A DNA stretch of 61,108 nt, the filler included, from Asterionella formosa (lineage: Eukaryota), in the NCBI GenBank assembly GCA_002256025.1. It is 5 parts of 5 records of this genome, joined end to end, with 100 filler letters (N's around TTAATTAATTAA, not from the genome) between each part and the next. Parts side by side here need not be neighbours in the genome. Positions count along the whole stretch, not along the records: positions 1 to 12,152 come from NKIB01007767.1; positions 12,253 to 24,399 come from NKIB01007771.1; 3 more parts are not named here. The stretch is one strand, 5' to 3'. The position numbers and the translations under genes were made by a program. Within the stretch, counting starts at the first letter, position 1. The number at the start of each line of letters is the position of its first letter. The notes beneath the pieces are model-generated. The model was not told where the DNA came from. It saw only the letters and a program-made list of their open reading frames with translations, and did not search any database. Below, piece by piece: positions 1 to 13,351 of this stretch.

Positions 1-217
1 ATTTTATTAGTGACAATGGAAATGATACCCGCATGAAAACGTCAGTATCACTGATACCGTTTTTGGAGGGGGCAAAAAAAGGTATCAATTTTGTATCAAT
101 GATACAAAATTGATACCATCAAGTTACCATTGCTGATACCGTGTTTTGATACCAACCGTCACTTTTTGCCCGCAACCCGGAAATGATACAGCAAATTCGG
201 AATGATAAGAACGACCC
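1..217 (-). mobile_element. End of a PIF/Harbinger-type (Tourist-like) MITE, truncated by the window edge
   Basis: Ends AATGATAAGAACGACCC (201-217) followed by TAA. The reverse complement of 1-217 aligns by eye to 22805-23030. Many TGATAC/GTATCA motifs, and a perfect 18-bp inverted repeat at 81-117. Confidence 0.75.
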
Positions 218-656
218 TAAGGGAAAAAGCACCCCACGCAACAATCGAATCATCATCAATGACGTACAAGAGCAGACATTCTCCCGTTCTACCACAGCCA
301 TTCAATTGAAAATCTTTTGGAAATTATAATAAAGTACCGGTATCGGTACTGGCGGGGTACCGGTAGCCTACCGTAGAATGATGTACATGTGATACTCATT
401 ATTTCCAATCATGATATATATTTTTATACATACAGTTCATGTTTTTTTAATAATCCAGGGGGAGTCCACGACGCACGACAAACGACGAGCGCCACAATTA
501 AAATCCTGGCAGTTACAGATGATGTACACATTTATAATAATACTGTACCACTCCACAATAAGCTCGTACTCCATATAGGAGGAACATGTATCTTACTTGG
601 ACAACAGGCGACCATATTTCATAACAAGTTCAAGACCACAACCTCCCTACATCAAC

Positions 657-3600
657 ATGGCCAACTTGGCGGACCCAAAGCACATGATTGTTCGAAAGCA
701 AATTCAGTCCGTTGAGTTTGGGTTTTACGTCGACTCGGATGTTCGGTCCCGAAGTGTGGTAGAAATCACTTCACCTCAAGCCTTTGATGCCATGGGGACG
801 GCTCTTCCTCGAGGACTGTACGATCCTCGACTTGGGCCGTACGAAACTTCGGCACTGCCCTGCGTGACGTGTGGATGTGGATATCTGTCCTGTCCGGGAC
901 ATGCCTCGCATATAGAACTTGCTGTCCCGGTCTATCATCCCATTTTGTTCCCTCTCGTGGTAAAGCTTCTGAAAGCCAAGTGCTTGAATTGCCATCGATT
1001 AAGAACGGAAAAAGTTCCATTAATGACCATCGAGACTCAATTTAAGCTGCTGCATGCGGGACGACTGCAAGAGTCGTTGGAGTTGGAAACGGTCTTGGCA
1101 CAGTCGGCAAAGACTAGATTGGACGAGACGACCTACAAGAATAAAAAGACAACTTCAGACTCCAAATATGAACAGGCACTTTTAGATGTACAATGCAGCA
1201 TACCGACCTCCTCAAACATTACCATGACTTCCTATGAACGAGAACAAATTAGACTGCTACAAAAACAAGTCATGGGAATGTGTTTCGGTAGTAAAAAGTG
1301 CCCTCATTGTGGTGCCTTTTCACCCAAGATTCGACAGGATTCTTCCAACAAAATATTTCAAGCTCCTCTGAGTACGACCAATGTAAGAATTAACACGGCA
1401 GAAGGAATCGCCTTGGAAAGTGCTTTGATATATAGTCAAAAGGGAGGATTTGATGATGACGACGACCATGACAAAAACCAAAAGGAGGATCACAATAATG
1501 ATGATGACGATGATTCCAAATCAAACGACAATTTCAAAGAAAATGACAAATTCATGCACGCCCTAGAAGTGGAAGCCCAAGTTAAACTCACGTGGGCCCG
1601 ACATCCTAAACTTTGCGAGTACATATTTGGTCCCTCGACCGACATTTTTTTCATGCGGGCCATCCCCGTTCCTCCGGCACGGTTCCGGCCTCCCATGGTC
1701 CTGGGATCCATGACTGTGGAAAATGGTCAAAATGCTTTTTTGAATAAAATGCTTGTTACCAACGATCGCATCAGATCCCTTCTATCCCAAGAAGACACCA
1801 AGTCACAAAATATGGCATTTTCTGCTTGGATTGACTTGCAAACGACCGTCAATTGTTTCATGGACTCTTCCAAGGACCCATCAGCCAATGCAGGATCGGC
1901 ACAGAACAATGGAATCCGTCAAGTTTTGGAAAAGAAGGAGGGGATCTTCCGAAAGCACATGATGGGGAAACGAGTGGATTTTTGTTGCCGGTCTGTCATT
2001 TCGCCCGACCCATATGTAGGAACGAATGAAATTGGAATTCCATTGGTCTTTGCTAGGACTTTGACCTATCCGACACCAGTGTCGGACTTGAATGTGCAAG
2101 AATTAAGGGAATTAGTGATACGGGGACCGAAAAATTATCCTGGGGCTAGTTGGGTACAATTTCCCGATGGAAGACGGGTGGAGTTAGCAAAAATGGGTAA
2201 GATGAAGCGTGAAGCCATTAGTGCCAGATTGCTGGCTTTATTGAATAAGAGTGGGCCACCTGTCATGGTTGGACGACAATTAAGAAATGGTGACATGATG
2301 TTGGTGAATCGGCAGGTATGTATTTCGTTGCTCGTTTTGGTTTTTCGAGATTCAGGCCAAGGATGAGATATCAAGTCATGCACCACTCTGAAGTGTATTC
2401 AATGTTAGATTATGACATACCTAAATCGGCGAAAGTCCACTGCTTGGAGGGCATAGAAATATGCTAGTCAAGTAGTTTTTCGTCGTGCAGAGGCCAGAAA
2501 TAACATGGACGAATCAAAATGAACTTTCTCTCCTTGCTCACAGCCTTTTTTTATCCCTTACAGCCTACACTTCACAAACCGGGAATTATGGCACACGTGG
2601 TGCGTATCTTGCACAATCCTTCGCAAAAAACAATTCGTATGCATTACGCCAATTGTAACACATACAATGCCGATTTCGACGGTGATGAAATGAATTGTCA
2701 TTTCCCACAGAACGACTTGGCATCTGCAGAATCCAAGTATATCGCAGCAACAGACTTGCAGTATATTGCACCAACCGACGGCACCCCGCTTCGAGGCTTG
2801 ATTCAAGATCATGTGGATTCTGGAGTCAAAATGTGTGCAAAGAACACGTTTCTGGAAAAATGGGAGTACCAACAACTTTTATTTGCCGCTCTTGCCTCAT
2901 TGCCTGGCCTAGAGGTAATTCGCATGGATGCCGATATTGAGATGATGCCTCCCGCCATCATGAAACCCAAGCAACTCTGGACCGGAAAACAGGTTATTTC
3001 GACGCTTTTGAATCATCTTCGAAAGAACAACGACAGAGATGACGTCGGCGAACGGAAGAAGGCGATGCCTGGCATATCTGTTGAAGGGAAAGCTAAAACC
3101 CCAGAAATTGGTTTTGGTGCATCCGAAATGGAGCATTTAGTGATCATTCGCGACGGGGAACTTCTCCGTGGTGTTCTCGACAAGGCTGCCTTTGGTGCCT
3201 CTGACTTCTCTTTAGTTCATGCAGTTTACGAGGCTTATGGTCCCGCCAAGGCAGGTCTCCTTCTCAACGCCCTGGGAAGACTTTTCACTGCCTACTTGCA
3301 GTATTTTTCGGGGCACTCTTGCCGAATGGAAGATCTTATTCTCACACAGGCTGCAGACGAAGAACGCCGTAAACTAGTTCAGAGAGCATATAATGTTGGG
3401 GCTCGATCTGCCAAAGCATGGGCCGATTCGGAGGGTGGGAAAGTGCAGATTGAGTCTGTGAAAGATAAGCCTGGATCAGATCAGCCCCTTAAACCTGTCG
3501 AAGCTGCTTCTACTGCCGTAAAAATCGGCCAGTTGTTGTCCGGAAAAGAAGGACAAGCTAACTTTGCTGCATTGGACGGTTACATGCAGTCGCAATTGAA

Positions 3601-6130
3601 TCCTTTGGCTTCTGAAATAATCAAAACCTGCCTTCCAAAAGGACTGAATGTTCCGTTTCCGGAGAATACCTTTAGTCTGATGGTCACAACTGGAGCAAAG
3701 GGGTCAATGGTGAATCAATCTCAAGTTTCCTGCGCATTGGGTCAGCAAGCCTTAGAGGGACGACGTGTACCACGACTCGCAAGTGGTCGAACTCTACCGT
3801 CCTTCGCCCCTTACGACCCCAATCCTCGCGCCGATGGCTTCATCATGGATAGATTTCTGACTGGTGTTCGACCCCAAGAATACTACTTTCATTGCATGGC
3901 TGGCCGTGAAGGCCTTGTCGATACTGCTGTCAAAACGTCTAGATCCGGATATTTGCAGCGATGTTTGGTGAAGCATTTGGAGGAGTTGAAGGTATGCTAT
4001 GATTCTACAGTTCGAAACGGAGAAGGCGGAGTCGTGCAGTTCCTTTACGGGGAAGACGGACTCGACCCGACGAAGGCTGCGTTCCTTGACTGCACCTCCA
4101 AGACCTTTGAGTTCATGGCACGAAACAACGAATCTCTCAGAAGACAATATCCAGCACTCCCCAACGTCACTATCGATGCAGCGGCAGCTGACCGCGATAG
4201 ACTTGATCAACTCCAGAAGCAAGCATCCGATCTTCTTTCTGTTGGCAGTTTGGTACTCGCCCGCAAGCTACGAGTTGGTTCCCTTTGGGTACGTGGTGCA
4301 TTTTGTCGAGGGTGGTTTAACGCCATCGTTACCGAACGTCACCATGATGGTACATATGACCTCAAATATATAAAGGACGGAAACACTATCAGAAGGGTGC
4401 CACTTGAGATAGAGCTTCGAGGCTGCGGTGGCAGAAACGTCAAGGCACTTTGCAGCACTGCTATCTTGATTAAACCGGGTGTAGCAGACCCAATCCTATC
4501 GGGAGGTCGTCGTGAAGACGGAGTCCATCTTGTTGGTATAAGTGGAGCTTGTGTATCGGAGAAGGTTGCAGGAGCAGCTGCATTTGCTCTCAAGAATGAC
4601 AAGAAGCTTCAAAATGCGATGAAAAGTGTGAACTTAACATCGAAGGGCTTCGGTGGCCTTATTGCTGCGAAGTACGGTTCTGCCCTTGTTGCACCTGGCG
4701 AAGCTGTTGGATGTATCGCCGCACAATCAGTGGGTGAGCCGTCGACTCAAATGACGCTGAATACCTTCCATCTTGCTGGAGCTGGTGCTAACGTCACCCT
4801 TGGTATCCCGAGACTTCGCGAGATTATCATGACTGCATCCCGACAACTCAAGACGCCGACTATGTCGGTTCCTTTGAAACCAAATGTATCCGAAAAGCAA
4901 GCAATTCGCCTTACTCGGAAATTTACTAAACTAAGTCTTGTTGAACTCATTGCTGGTCATAATGGGGTAATTGTCAACGAGACACTTCAACAAGGAGATG
5001 GCGGAAACTGGGAGAGAGCCTACCATGTGACCCTCAAGTTCCATCCTCCAGAGAGAATAAAGGAAGCATTTGGGCTAAGTCTCGAGGACATTGCTAGCGT
5101 TGTTATGGAAACATTCAACCCAAAAATTGCCGACATCATGAAGAAGGAACTGAAAAGGTCGACAGCAGAAGGCGACGTGACGTCCATTGAAGTCACAGGT
5201 GGACGTTCTTCTCAGTTTATTAGTGAGGAAAAACCTTTTGGAAATATTGCAGTAGGGAATGATGTTCTCGACGAAGACGATGCTGATGATGACGAGGATG
5301 ACGCAATTGATGCTGAAGACGGCGTAAACGCAGCACGATTTGGTCGACGACCGGAGGAATCGTATGGCGACATGGATGATGATGACCGCGGTGTGGCCGC
5401 CAGTCGCAGTGAAGGGCTTCTTGACGAGGTTGATAGAGATGACAATGACGAAGAGTCTTCCGTTACACCTACGGACGAGGACTCAGAAGAGGACGCTACC
5501 AATCTTATCAACAAGACCGATAAGCCGCAACTTGATTCACGTCGCAACTCAATTACTCTTCCTTCGCTGCGAGTTGACCCTGCTGCCAGGCCTCTACTGA
5601 TGGTGGGTCTCATTGAGAGGGCCGCTGCTGCCACATTGGTCCGATCTCGTCCGCTGATTGAAAAGGCCTTTATCAATGATGAGGAAGGTGATCGAGGCCG
5701 CTGTCTGCAGACAGCGGGTTGCAATTTTTCCGAATTCTGGGCATTGGAAAATGTTGTCCATGACAAACTTGCCTCCAACGATATATGGGCGGTGCGATGT
5801 GCATACGGTGTTGAAGCGGCTCGAAACAACATTGTCGAGCAAATCCAAAATGTCTTTGGTGCCTACGGCATTTGTGTCGATCCCCGGCATCTTTCCCTTA
5901 TTGCTGACTACATGACATTCGATGGTGGGTTCAAGCCCATGAATCGTAATGGAATGGCAGATATTGGCTCGCCCTTTCTCCAAATGAGTTTCGAGACGAC
6001 TGCTGGATTTATGACTGAAGCAGCTCTGAACTCTCGTATTGAAGCCTGTAACAGTCCGAGTGCTAACATTGTGGTCGGGCGTCCTATCCGACATGGTACA
6101 GGTGCTTTTGACCTCTTGACAAAAGCTTAG
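657..6130 (+). CDS. RPA1: DNA-directed RNA polymerase I largest subunit (2 exons: 657-2315, 2564-6130)
   Basis: N-terminal Zn motifs (CVTC...CPGH; CLNC...CPHC), [12 protein letters not shown] and the catalytic NADFDGD. A GT-AG intron at 2316-2563 restores NRQ|PTLH. Also TQMTLNTFH, an acidic Pol I expander-like region and no CTD heptads. Confidence 0.96.
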
Positions 6131-6545
6131 TAGTCTCGGTAGGCAATCCATTGTATCGACTTAAATATGTAGTTGAATCCCTGTGAACAGTTACAAACGT
6201 CGAAGAGCGTTTTGGTTATGAAATCGGCCAACCTTCGAATTTGATTTTTGCCTATATGAGGAGATAACCGCAACGATCACATGACGGCGTCATTTTTGAA
6301 TCGAAAACAAACTCAAGGGAGATATTATATTACAGAATGTATACTGTGCCTGTTGCATGCCAAGAAGCTACACACTTCAAGTGATTCTATTTTTCACCAA
6401 ATACAAATGTTTTCCCCACCATCTGAGCCCTTTTCCATTCTATTTCATATACCGGTAGTAGCCGTCTGGAAAATCTGATTCTAGTTTGGAAAAAGGGAAC
6501 TCGTTGTATTGTTGCCAAACCACAAAAGTACGAAAGCAGGCCACG

Positions 6546-7976
6546 TCATGCTACAACCTCCTTGACAGTTACTACATCCATAATGTGTCGCGAAATGCTT
6601 TGGCGCAAGTCTCGCATAGTTTCAGCATCTTGCTTGTTGGACTTTCCTGTGCCACGAATGAGTTTCCAAACAGCCTTGGAAGCCCTAGTGGGTAGCTGCA
6701 GCCATCCGCCTCCTTTCTCATCAGTGCCATCTGCATTAATGGGTGTCAAATGATTGCCATGAAGACGAGCGTATTTGATGTCCGAAGAGTTTGTTTTGAC
6801 CAAACACTCTGCCAACCGAGGAGATTGATCCACATCATCTTCATCAAATTGCACCAAAAGTGTTTTGGGGATTTTATATCGTTTGTCGTCCAGTAGGGCC
6901 TTCCACAGCTGATCTGGAGCTGGAATGAATTCCAAGTCCTCTGATCTTGGTGTCAATGCATCCTTGACATCTGATAGTGTGTCTTGAAATTCTTCAAACA
7001 ATTCTTCCCAATCATCATCATCATCATAGTCTTCTCTACGATCTCGCCAACGTTTTTCCTCGTCGTAAGAGCGTTTTCGTGTTCCAGTGCGATCAAGTTT
7101 TCGTCTCTCTTGCAACAGTGATCGAACACCGGGAATACTAGCCGAAGCTCCATAATTTGTAAAACTCATGAGTATATAGGACGAATACGGTGGTACGTCT
7201 GAATTCTTCTTGTTCGGTTGTGATAGTGTCGCCAAGACAGTCATGAGTCGAGCCCCTAGTGAGTGTCCCATCCCCACCGTAGGGACGTCTTCCATTATGG
7301 TTGAACCATATTCATCGTGTAGGATATCAACATATGCCATTTGAAATTGTTGCTGAAGCTTGCGAGAGAGTTTCACATGTTGAAGAGGATTTTTGAATAG
7401 TGTGACTGGAATGGGAGTAGCAACAACAGCACACTGTGTGGACTGCACCACCCCTTCCAACAGTGTTTTGTACCATAACTTTGGCGACGACCCAAAGAAG
7501 GTACCTCCAACAAAATGTAACACAGCGGTTGGTCTGGTAATGTATGCAGGAGGCAAACAGACCCACGTACTCCCATCGTCTGCTAATTCCCAATCTACGT
7601 GAATATCTTCCTGGCTGTATGGGCTGCCTTCAAAATAAACATTGTAAGCTCCTTTGAGCGGCCCATCACTGGCGTCTCCAGCTGTGCGATCCTCCTCCAC
7701 TTCCTCTTCCCAATAATTGTCGTAATCAATCCGGGTTTTATCCTCCTCTTCTCGTGGTTGTGCTGCCAAGCCTCGTCGTTCTGACGATGACGGTCGTTGT
7801 TGCAGTGGCATAAGGAAGCGAACAGGAGGGACGCCAACCATAACAAAGCCATTCGCGAGCCATGTCGACGAACAGGATGCAATCAGCAATGCAGCAACAA
7901 CTAATACAGGTAACTGTTGTACTATGTTTCCTTGTTTCATGAGTGATGGTAGTGATGAGTTACGTAATAACAGCAT
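6546..7976 (-). CDS. DUF1350-family alpha/beta hydrolase-like protein, probably plastid-targeted
   Basis: VLHFVGGTFFG..P...Y, GMGHSLG nucleophile elbow, LLVQFDEDDVDQS and GNHLTP. N-terminal hydrophobic signal followed by ANG-F. Exact start Met uncertain. Confidence 0.8.
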   Translation of the reverse strand: MLLLRNSSLPSLMKQGNIVQQLPVLVVAALLIASCSSTWLANGFVMVGVPPVRFLMPLQQRPSSSERRGLAAQPREEEDKTRIDYDNYWEEEVEEDRTAGDASDGPLKGAYNVYFEGSPYSQEDIHVDWELADDGSTWVCLPPAYITRPTAVLHFVGGTFFGSSPKLWYKTLLEGVVQSTQCAVVATPIPVTLFKNPLQHVKLSRKLQQQFQMAYVDILHDEYGSTIMEDVPTVGMGHSLGARLMTVLATLSQPNKKNSDVPPYSSYILMSFTNYGASASIPGVRSLLQERRKLDRTGTRKRSYDEEKRWRDRREDYDDDDDWEELFEEFQDTLSDVKDALTPRSEDLEFIPAPDQLWKALLDDKRYKIPKTLLVQFDEDDVDQSPRLAECLVKTNSSDIKYARLHGNHLTPINADGTDEKGGGWLQLPTRASKAVWKLIRGTGKSNKQDAETMRDLRQSISRHIMDVVTVKEVVA

Positions 7977-8292
7977 CGTCGAATAATTCTTATCTATAAC
8001 AGCAATTAATAATCCTGATTATATTTTGTTTTTGTTGCTTTTTAGGGCTTGGCTAAAAAAATTACAAAATTACCGGTAGTTTTTTCATTGTTTCTCTTGA
8101 TGATGAATGAATTTTGGTGACAATGAAAAAAGAAGGCAGGGCGAACGCAATGCATGGTTTCACAGTTTACATACCGGTAGTATGTATCAACCATCAAATA
8201 CATCCAGTGGTGTAGTGGGCCAGAATTTACTAGCTTCGTCGTGCATTTTTCATGCATTTCTTAATGAATTCTTAGATGTGACTATCATTATG

Positions 8293-8600
8293 CCTCCTTG
8301 TGTTGCTTCTTGGCAGTGAGATCTTCCAGTACCATTGTGCTTGTTGGTTGTTGGTTGTTGGTTGTTGGTTGTTGTGAGCGCTTGTGTGTTCTGAAAACAG
8401 TCTTGTTCTTAATTTTTTAGATGTCATTGCTGTTAGTACGGCACTCATTTATACCTTGTGTTGGTTCTTGGCAGTGAGACATTATGGTATAATTGTCACT
8501 TCAGTGCTTGCATGCGTGTTATTTGTTGTGGGCGATTGTGTGTACTGAAGACAGTCTTGTTCTTGATTTTGTTGATTTTATTCATTGCTGTTGTGGCGCT
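8293..8600. repeat. Diverged ~160-bp tandem duplication containing a (TTGTTGG)n microsatellite
   Basis: CCTTGTGTTG(C/G)TTCTTGGCAGTGAGA and ACAGTCTTGTTCTT...TCATTGCTGTT each occur twice; microsatellite at ~8341-8375. Confidence 0.6.
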
Positions 8601-10246
8601 TGTGATAGCATTTGATGCTTTGGGTGAAATTTCCATTGCAGCACTTGTTGGTTGTTGGATGAAATGGTTCTTTCAAACTGTTGATTGGCGATTTTTCTCG
8701 TTTCAAATATCTGCATTCAATTCTTACAGACAACTCCTTGATTCATTTCTTTAAAAAAGTAGCACTCATGGCACGACATTAATGTGCTTTGCGGTCACCA
8801 GTACGGTGGAAAAGCGGAGCAAAACATCACAATTAGCAGTAAAGTGATTGTCACTTGAATCAGGCTCATCATGGCAACAATCCTTTGTATATAATGAGGG
8901 AAACCACCGAATATCAAATACAAATAAACATTGTTTAATAACCAATAAGACAAGATCAAGTATTGAACAAATCTATTTTAGTTATAGTATGATATAGCAT
9001 TGTCGTTCCACATCCTTTGATCTCATCAACCCATCAGTTGGATCACCCATAAAACAGCAAAAAGAGAGGACTGGGAACATTCAAATATACATGAATGAAA
9101 CCTGACACATCACCCATACCAACTCTCCAATCGATACAATATCGCCACCAATCCATTGTCAAGGAGAACCCAGCTCCGTAGTTGCCAATTTTAAATTTAC
9201 TTTGTATATATTATGCATGGATCCAGCTTATGTGATTGCGCACATTAGGGCAATTGAACTGGAGAAAATCGTAGGAATCAAAACTGTGCTGGATAAATTT
9301 TAACTATCACCGCAATTATTTTCAAGCTGATGGAGTACCATAGTACCTGGTACCGGTATGGAAGTGACGTCGTCGCCTTCGGACATAAATGCATTGTTTA
9401 TTAATTGCTTTGTGATTTTGGGAGGGTGTGGTCCCTCCTGTTACCTGGTACCAGGTACCGTAGTATACGAGATTGTCAAACATCGTCGTCGACATGATCG
9501 CTCAGCCATCATCAGCACGCAATCGCCATTCTGTATAGACATTTTTTTTCCAGTGTGGTAAGTCTACCTGTTACCGGTAGTCAACGTTGCTTTTCGGATG
9601 ACGTCCGGCCGTGGGAAAGGCGCGGTGGCTTTTTTTCAGAGGAAGCAGAGCTTGAATAATAGAAATCGTGATGTACTAGCTCACCCGTAACAAAATGTGA
9701 CTTCAAGGACTAGCGAACAGGGGCGCCATCATACAATGAGTTGATGAGAACACATGGTCGGTTGGTATAATGACATCATTGCCTGAGAGAAGTCCAAACC
9801 TATAAACGTGGCCAAGAAAGGGAGGTCAGTCCGTACGAATACTGTTGAGTGGTGAGGTTAAGGGTAACTGTGGAGCGCTAAAGACACTTTGAAGACGCTT
9901 GAGATTTAATTAGTATCGAAATCAAGATGATTCCATTGAACGATCCGTGTGCGTCGAGAGTAAAACACAAGTGCGTTTTGTGAGAACACCAAGCAACCAC
10001 CACATCGACTGTTTTTAAATTTTCCGGGTTTTCATCATCCATCGTACCAAGCTCCCATTTTGTATTCATTCCATAAACCATCATCCAGTCCTTGAGAAAA
10101 CATTCCCAAAATACGATTACAGCAGGCTCAATTCTCTCAACAACAGACCAACTCAGAACGCTTCAGTGAACCAAAGTGCCCTCCACCTCAGCCAAGCAAA
10201 ACATTCCCTTATCCTGCTCATTTCTTTCAAGTAACTGAATTTCATA

Positions 10247-11080
10247 ATGCAGACTAGCATCTCAGAACAAAACGAAAGTGGGAACTTTGAAATGATGGAG
10301 CACTCAGGGTACGCCGGCGACGAAGAAGATCGCGAGACAACAACGAGCGCTGAAGACGACGAGTTCTTGTTTCCCAGAGGGAAGATGAAGTCGTCTCCCT
10401 TCTTTCACGTGGCTCCAAGAAAGCGAAGGCGGCAGCGAACTCATGATCCCAGCAATGATTACGATCGTTTCAATATTCACCACACACTGGACGTTTTGCA
10501 GCAGGACCAGCCCATTGTACCTTACAAGACGTCGCTCGTTCTGTTGTCCAAACTTTTGACGCAGCACATGTCGCAAACCACGCTCATTGGACAGCAACCT
10601 CTGCCTACAACAGAAGCGCCATGGCGTCCAAGCGACGGACCAGAAAACTCCTTCCCATCCATTATGAGTTCTCAGCACTTGTTCCTAGAAGACGCGATGT
10701 CGTTTTCCAGCTTACCAAGGTATGTTCTTACACCGTTAAACCCATTCTGACTTTGTTACTTTATAATTCACATGACTATTGACGTTACTAACTTACTTCT
10801 TTTCGCCTACAGGATTCTGCTCGAAGCAGATCGTCCCAATCGAATTGTTCACGCTAATGCAGCATATGCCCGGCGACATGGAAAGCACAAGGTATTTCAA
10901 TTCAGTGGTGACAACTTGGAATTGGCCGTAATGGACCTCTTTCCATACTCACAGGCCGACGAAGTAACCATGTACCCTGTGTGGGGATCTGATTGTGAGG
11001 CCGATGGATCATTACAACACGTGACGCATTATTTGGCGCAAGAAGTCGTTACCCATCAGGCTCATCAAACGGTGGGATGA
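10247..11080 (+). CDS. Small hypothetical protein with a C-terminal PAS-like segment (exons 10247-10719, 10813-11080)
   Basis: A GT-AG intron at 10720-10812 joins two ORFs in frame, giving FSSLPR-ILLEADRPNRIVHANAAY, which resembles the first strands of PAS domains. Basic PRKRRRQR NLS-like patch. Confidence 0.65.
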
Positions 11081-11537
11081 GTCTTATATAATATTGCATG
11101 AAATGACAACATTTGCAGATCAACAATCATCATGGGATTGCACAAAGTCTAAACGCATATCAAAGCTTTAATACCATACCGATTCTCGTCAAGTGACTGC
11201 CAGTATAGCTAGGAACTTATACATAGCGAACTCAGAAGTCATGAAACCGATAGAGTCTTCTCTTAACATTCGTCACGACTTCGAAGTTGCCAGGATAGGA
11301 ACAAGACAATACGAACCAACGAGGACATCATGGATTCTAGACAGCAGTGTCGTAGTATGTCAATTTTACATGTAGCGGCTTGTTGAAATGGAATTTATTC
11401 GTTCGTCACCGTTTAACCGAATTGCTACATGCGCACCAGTTCCTACTTGAATACACAATGTAAAGATGCTGGGTATGCTTTTTGGGGAAAGCGAGAACAA
11501 CCAACATGTGTTATGAAGAATGCGAAAATGTTCGCAT

Positions 11538-11685
11538 AATATATAAATGTAAGAAGACTTCTCATGCATACGCACGTCAAGAAAAACATCCAAAAATTTG
11601 TGCAATTCGCGTAATATATAAATTAAAGAAGACTTCTCATACATACGCACGTGAAGAAAAACATCCAAAAATTTGTGCAATTCAT
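11538..11685. repeat. 75-bp tandem repeat, two units
   Basis: TAATATATAAAT..AAGAAGACTTCTCAT.CATACGCACGT.AAGAAAAACATCCAAAAATTTGTGCAATTC starts at 11538 and at 11613. Confidence 0.85.
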
Positions 11686-13351
11686 GATCTGACGAGAAGA
11701 ACGCTGATTCAGCAAAGAATTGATCCAACAGTACTGGCTACAGTATTACCGGTACTGTACATAAAATTATGTAGAATCGCTCTCCTTCAAATATTTCACA
11801 TCTAGAGCTATGTACCACCAGTACAATCATAGTCGATTGTTAACCGAGGATACCTGGTACCTGGTACCTGGTACCACTTAAAAACTGTAAGCCACCGCTA
11901 CGGCCACTTTTGAACTGTAAGCCACCGCTAAACGGAGTAAACGCACGGTTTGAACTTAGTTTACAAGATACGCTATTTATTGTCACGAACGAGTTGTTCA
12001 GATTTATATACCGAGTAAATACTTTCGTACTTGTATTGTTGCATTGTGTACATTGTTAATTAGGTATTATCGCCCAAAGGTTGCTGTCGACGTGAAATTG
12101 CGAAAATTGGATATTTTCACGTTTACTCGATTGAGCAAGCATCACCTTTTATNNNNNNNNNNNNNNNNNNNNNNNNNNNNNNNNNNNNNNNNNNNNTTAA
12201 TTAATTAANNNNNNNNNNNNNNNNNNNNNNNNNNNNNNNNNNNNNNNNNNNNTAAGGGTCATTCAGAAGAAGATCTATTCTCATTTGCAAGTTCTAGTAG
12301 TCATAGTCAGCAAGTTCTAGTTGTCATAGTCAGCAATTTAGTAAATGTCAGCAAGTTCTAAATTTAGAATGGTAGGATTCCCACTATGTGGATTCCGAAG
12401 CTAGAAGATGATTTGCTGAACCTGTTCATCAGTCAGCAAATCCGAGTTGTGTTCAGAGACTCACGCTGCAAATTTGTCATCAGTCAGCAAGAGAAACATT
12501 TTCCTAAATTACTTAAGGAATATTATTTTAATGAAGAGCCAGCCTATCGCCTCTGGCAGGCATTGGGAGTGCATCAAAACTGAAAAGGTGCGCATGAAAT
12601 ATGCAGTACTCGTAAGTAATGTCTACCGATGTATATACCGGTACTGGTCGACACCTACATTCATCGCCATAACTACCGGTATGTTTGGTGTACGTTATGT
12701 GCATTGGTGTATGGTGTGGGATAAACTTAGCTTGGTGTAGGTACGTTTCTACCACGAGGGGAACCAGAGCAACTTACCTACCGGTCGTAGTTAACAAATC
12801 AAAAATTTTCAACACGTGGCAAACCTACATACTGGTACATATGCATGTGTGAAAATGATCAACTCTCGCAGTGGCTGTTGGATGAACATCATCGGTCCAT
12901 GCATTATTCACTACCGGTAGTAACCTGGTACCTGTTAGTACTGTGGTATGTAGTTGCGATTACCAGGAGTACCTGGTACCAGGTACCATGCATCACAATG
13001 ATGCAACAGATGCATCGTCAAGCGTGTTCTCGAATGTAGCTACGTAGAATTTCAGCGCCAGAACTTACTGCGCACTGGTGGTACATTTGTACAGAACTAT
13101 TTGCATTGGCGAGTCGTCAGCGTCATAATTTCGTTTAGTCAAATAAGTCATTTCATTCACTGGCCGCAGTCTTGCTCCTAAAGTCCCAACAATGCTTGCT
13201 TGCTTTTCGGCAAGCAGTCTTTCCTCGACCTTCGAAAAAGGCCAAACCAAAGTCACGACCTTTTTGTGATTGCAGCGACGACTTCAATTGACCCGCCAAG
13301 CAGCTCAGAGCGCTTGAGGCCCACAGAACACCCTCATTACCCTCACATACG

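Noticed and set aside
5212..5832. Long antisense ORFs over RPA1 and other genes (e.g. 14012-14500, 55775-56323)
   Set aside because: Shadow frames of real coding sequence; Ser-rich mirror of acidic tracts with no independent motifs.
597..6130. RPA1 apparently split into two ORFs like archaeal RpoA'/A''
   Set aside because: A canonical GT-AG intron at 2316-2563 restores the conserved NRQPTLH motif.
11538..11685. Direct repeats considered as a CRISPR array (also 12289-12360 and 48437-48710)
   Set aside because: Head-to-tail tandem units without unique spacers, no cas genes, and a eukaryotic context.
12153..12252. N-run with central TTAATTAATTAA, repeated identically at 24400-24499, 36649-36748 and 48879-48978
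   Set aside because: Artificial 100-bp scaffolding spacer with stops in all frames; not biological. The plain N gap at 46570-46837 and ORFs running through Ns are also artefacts.
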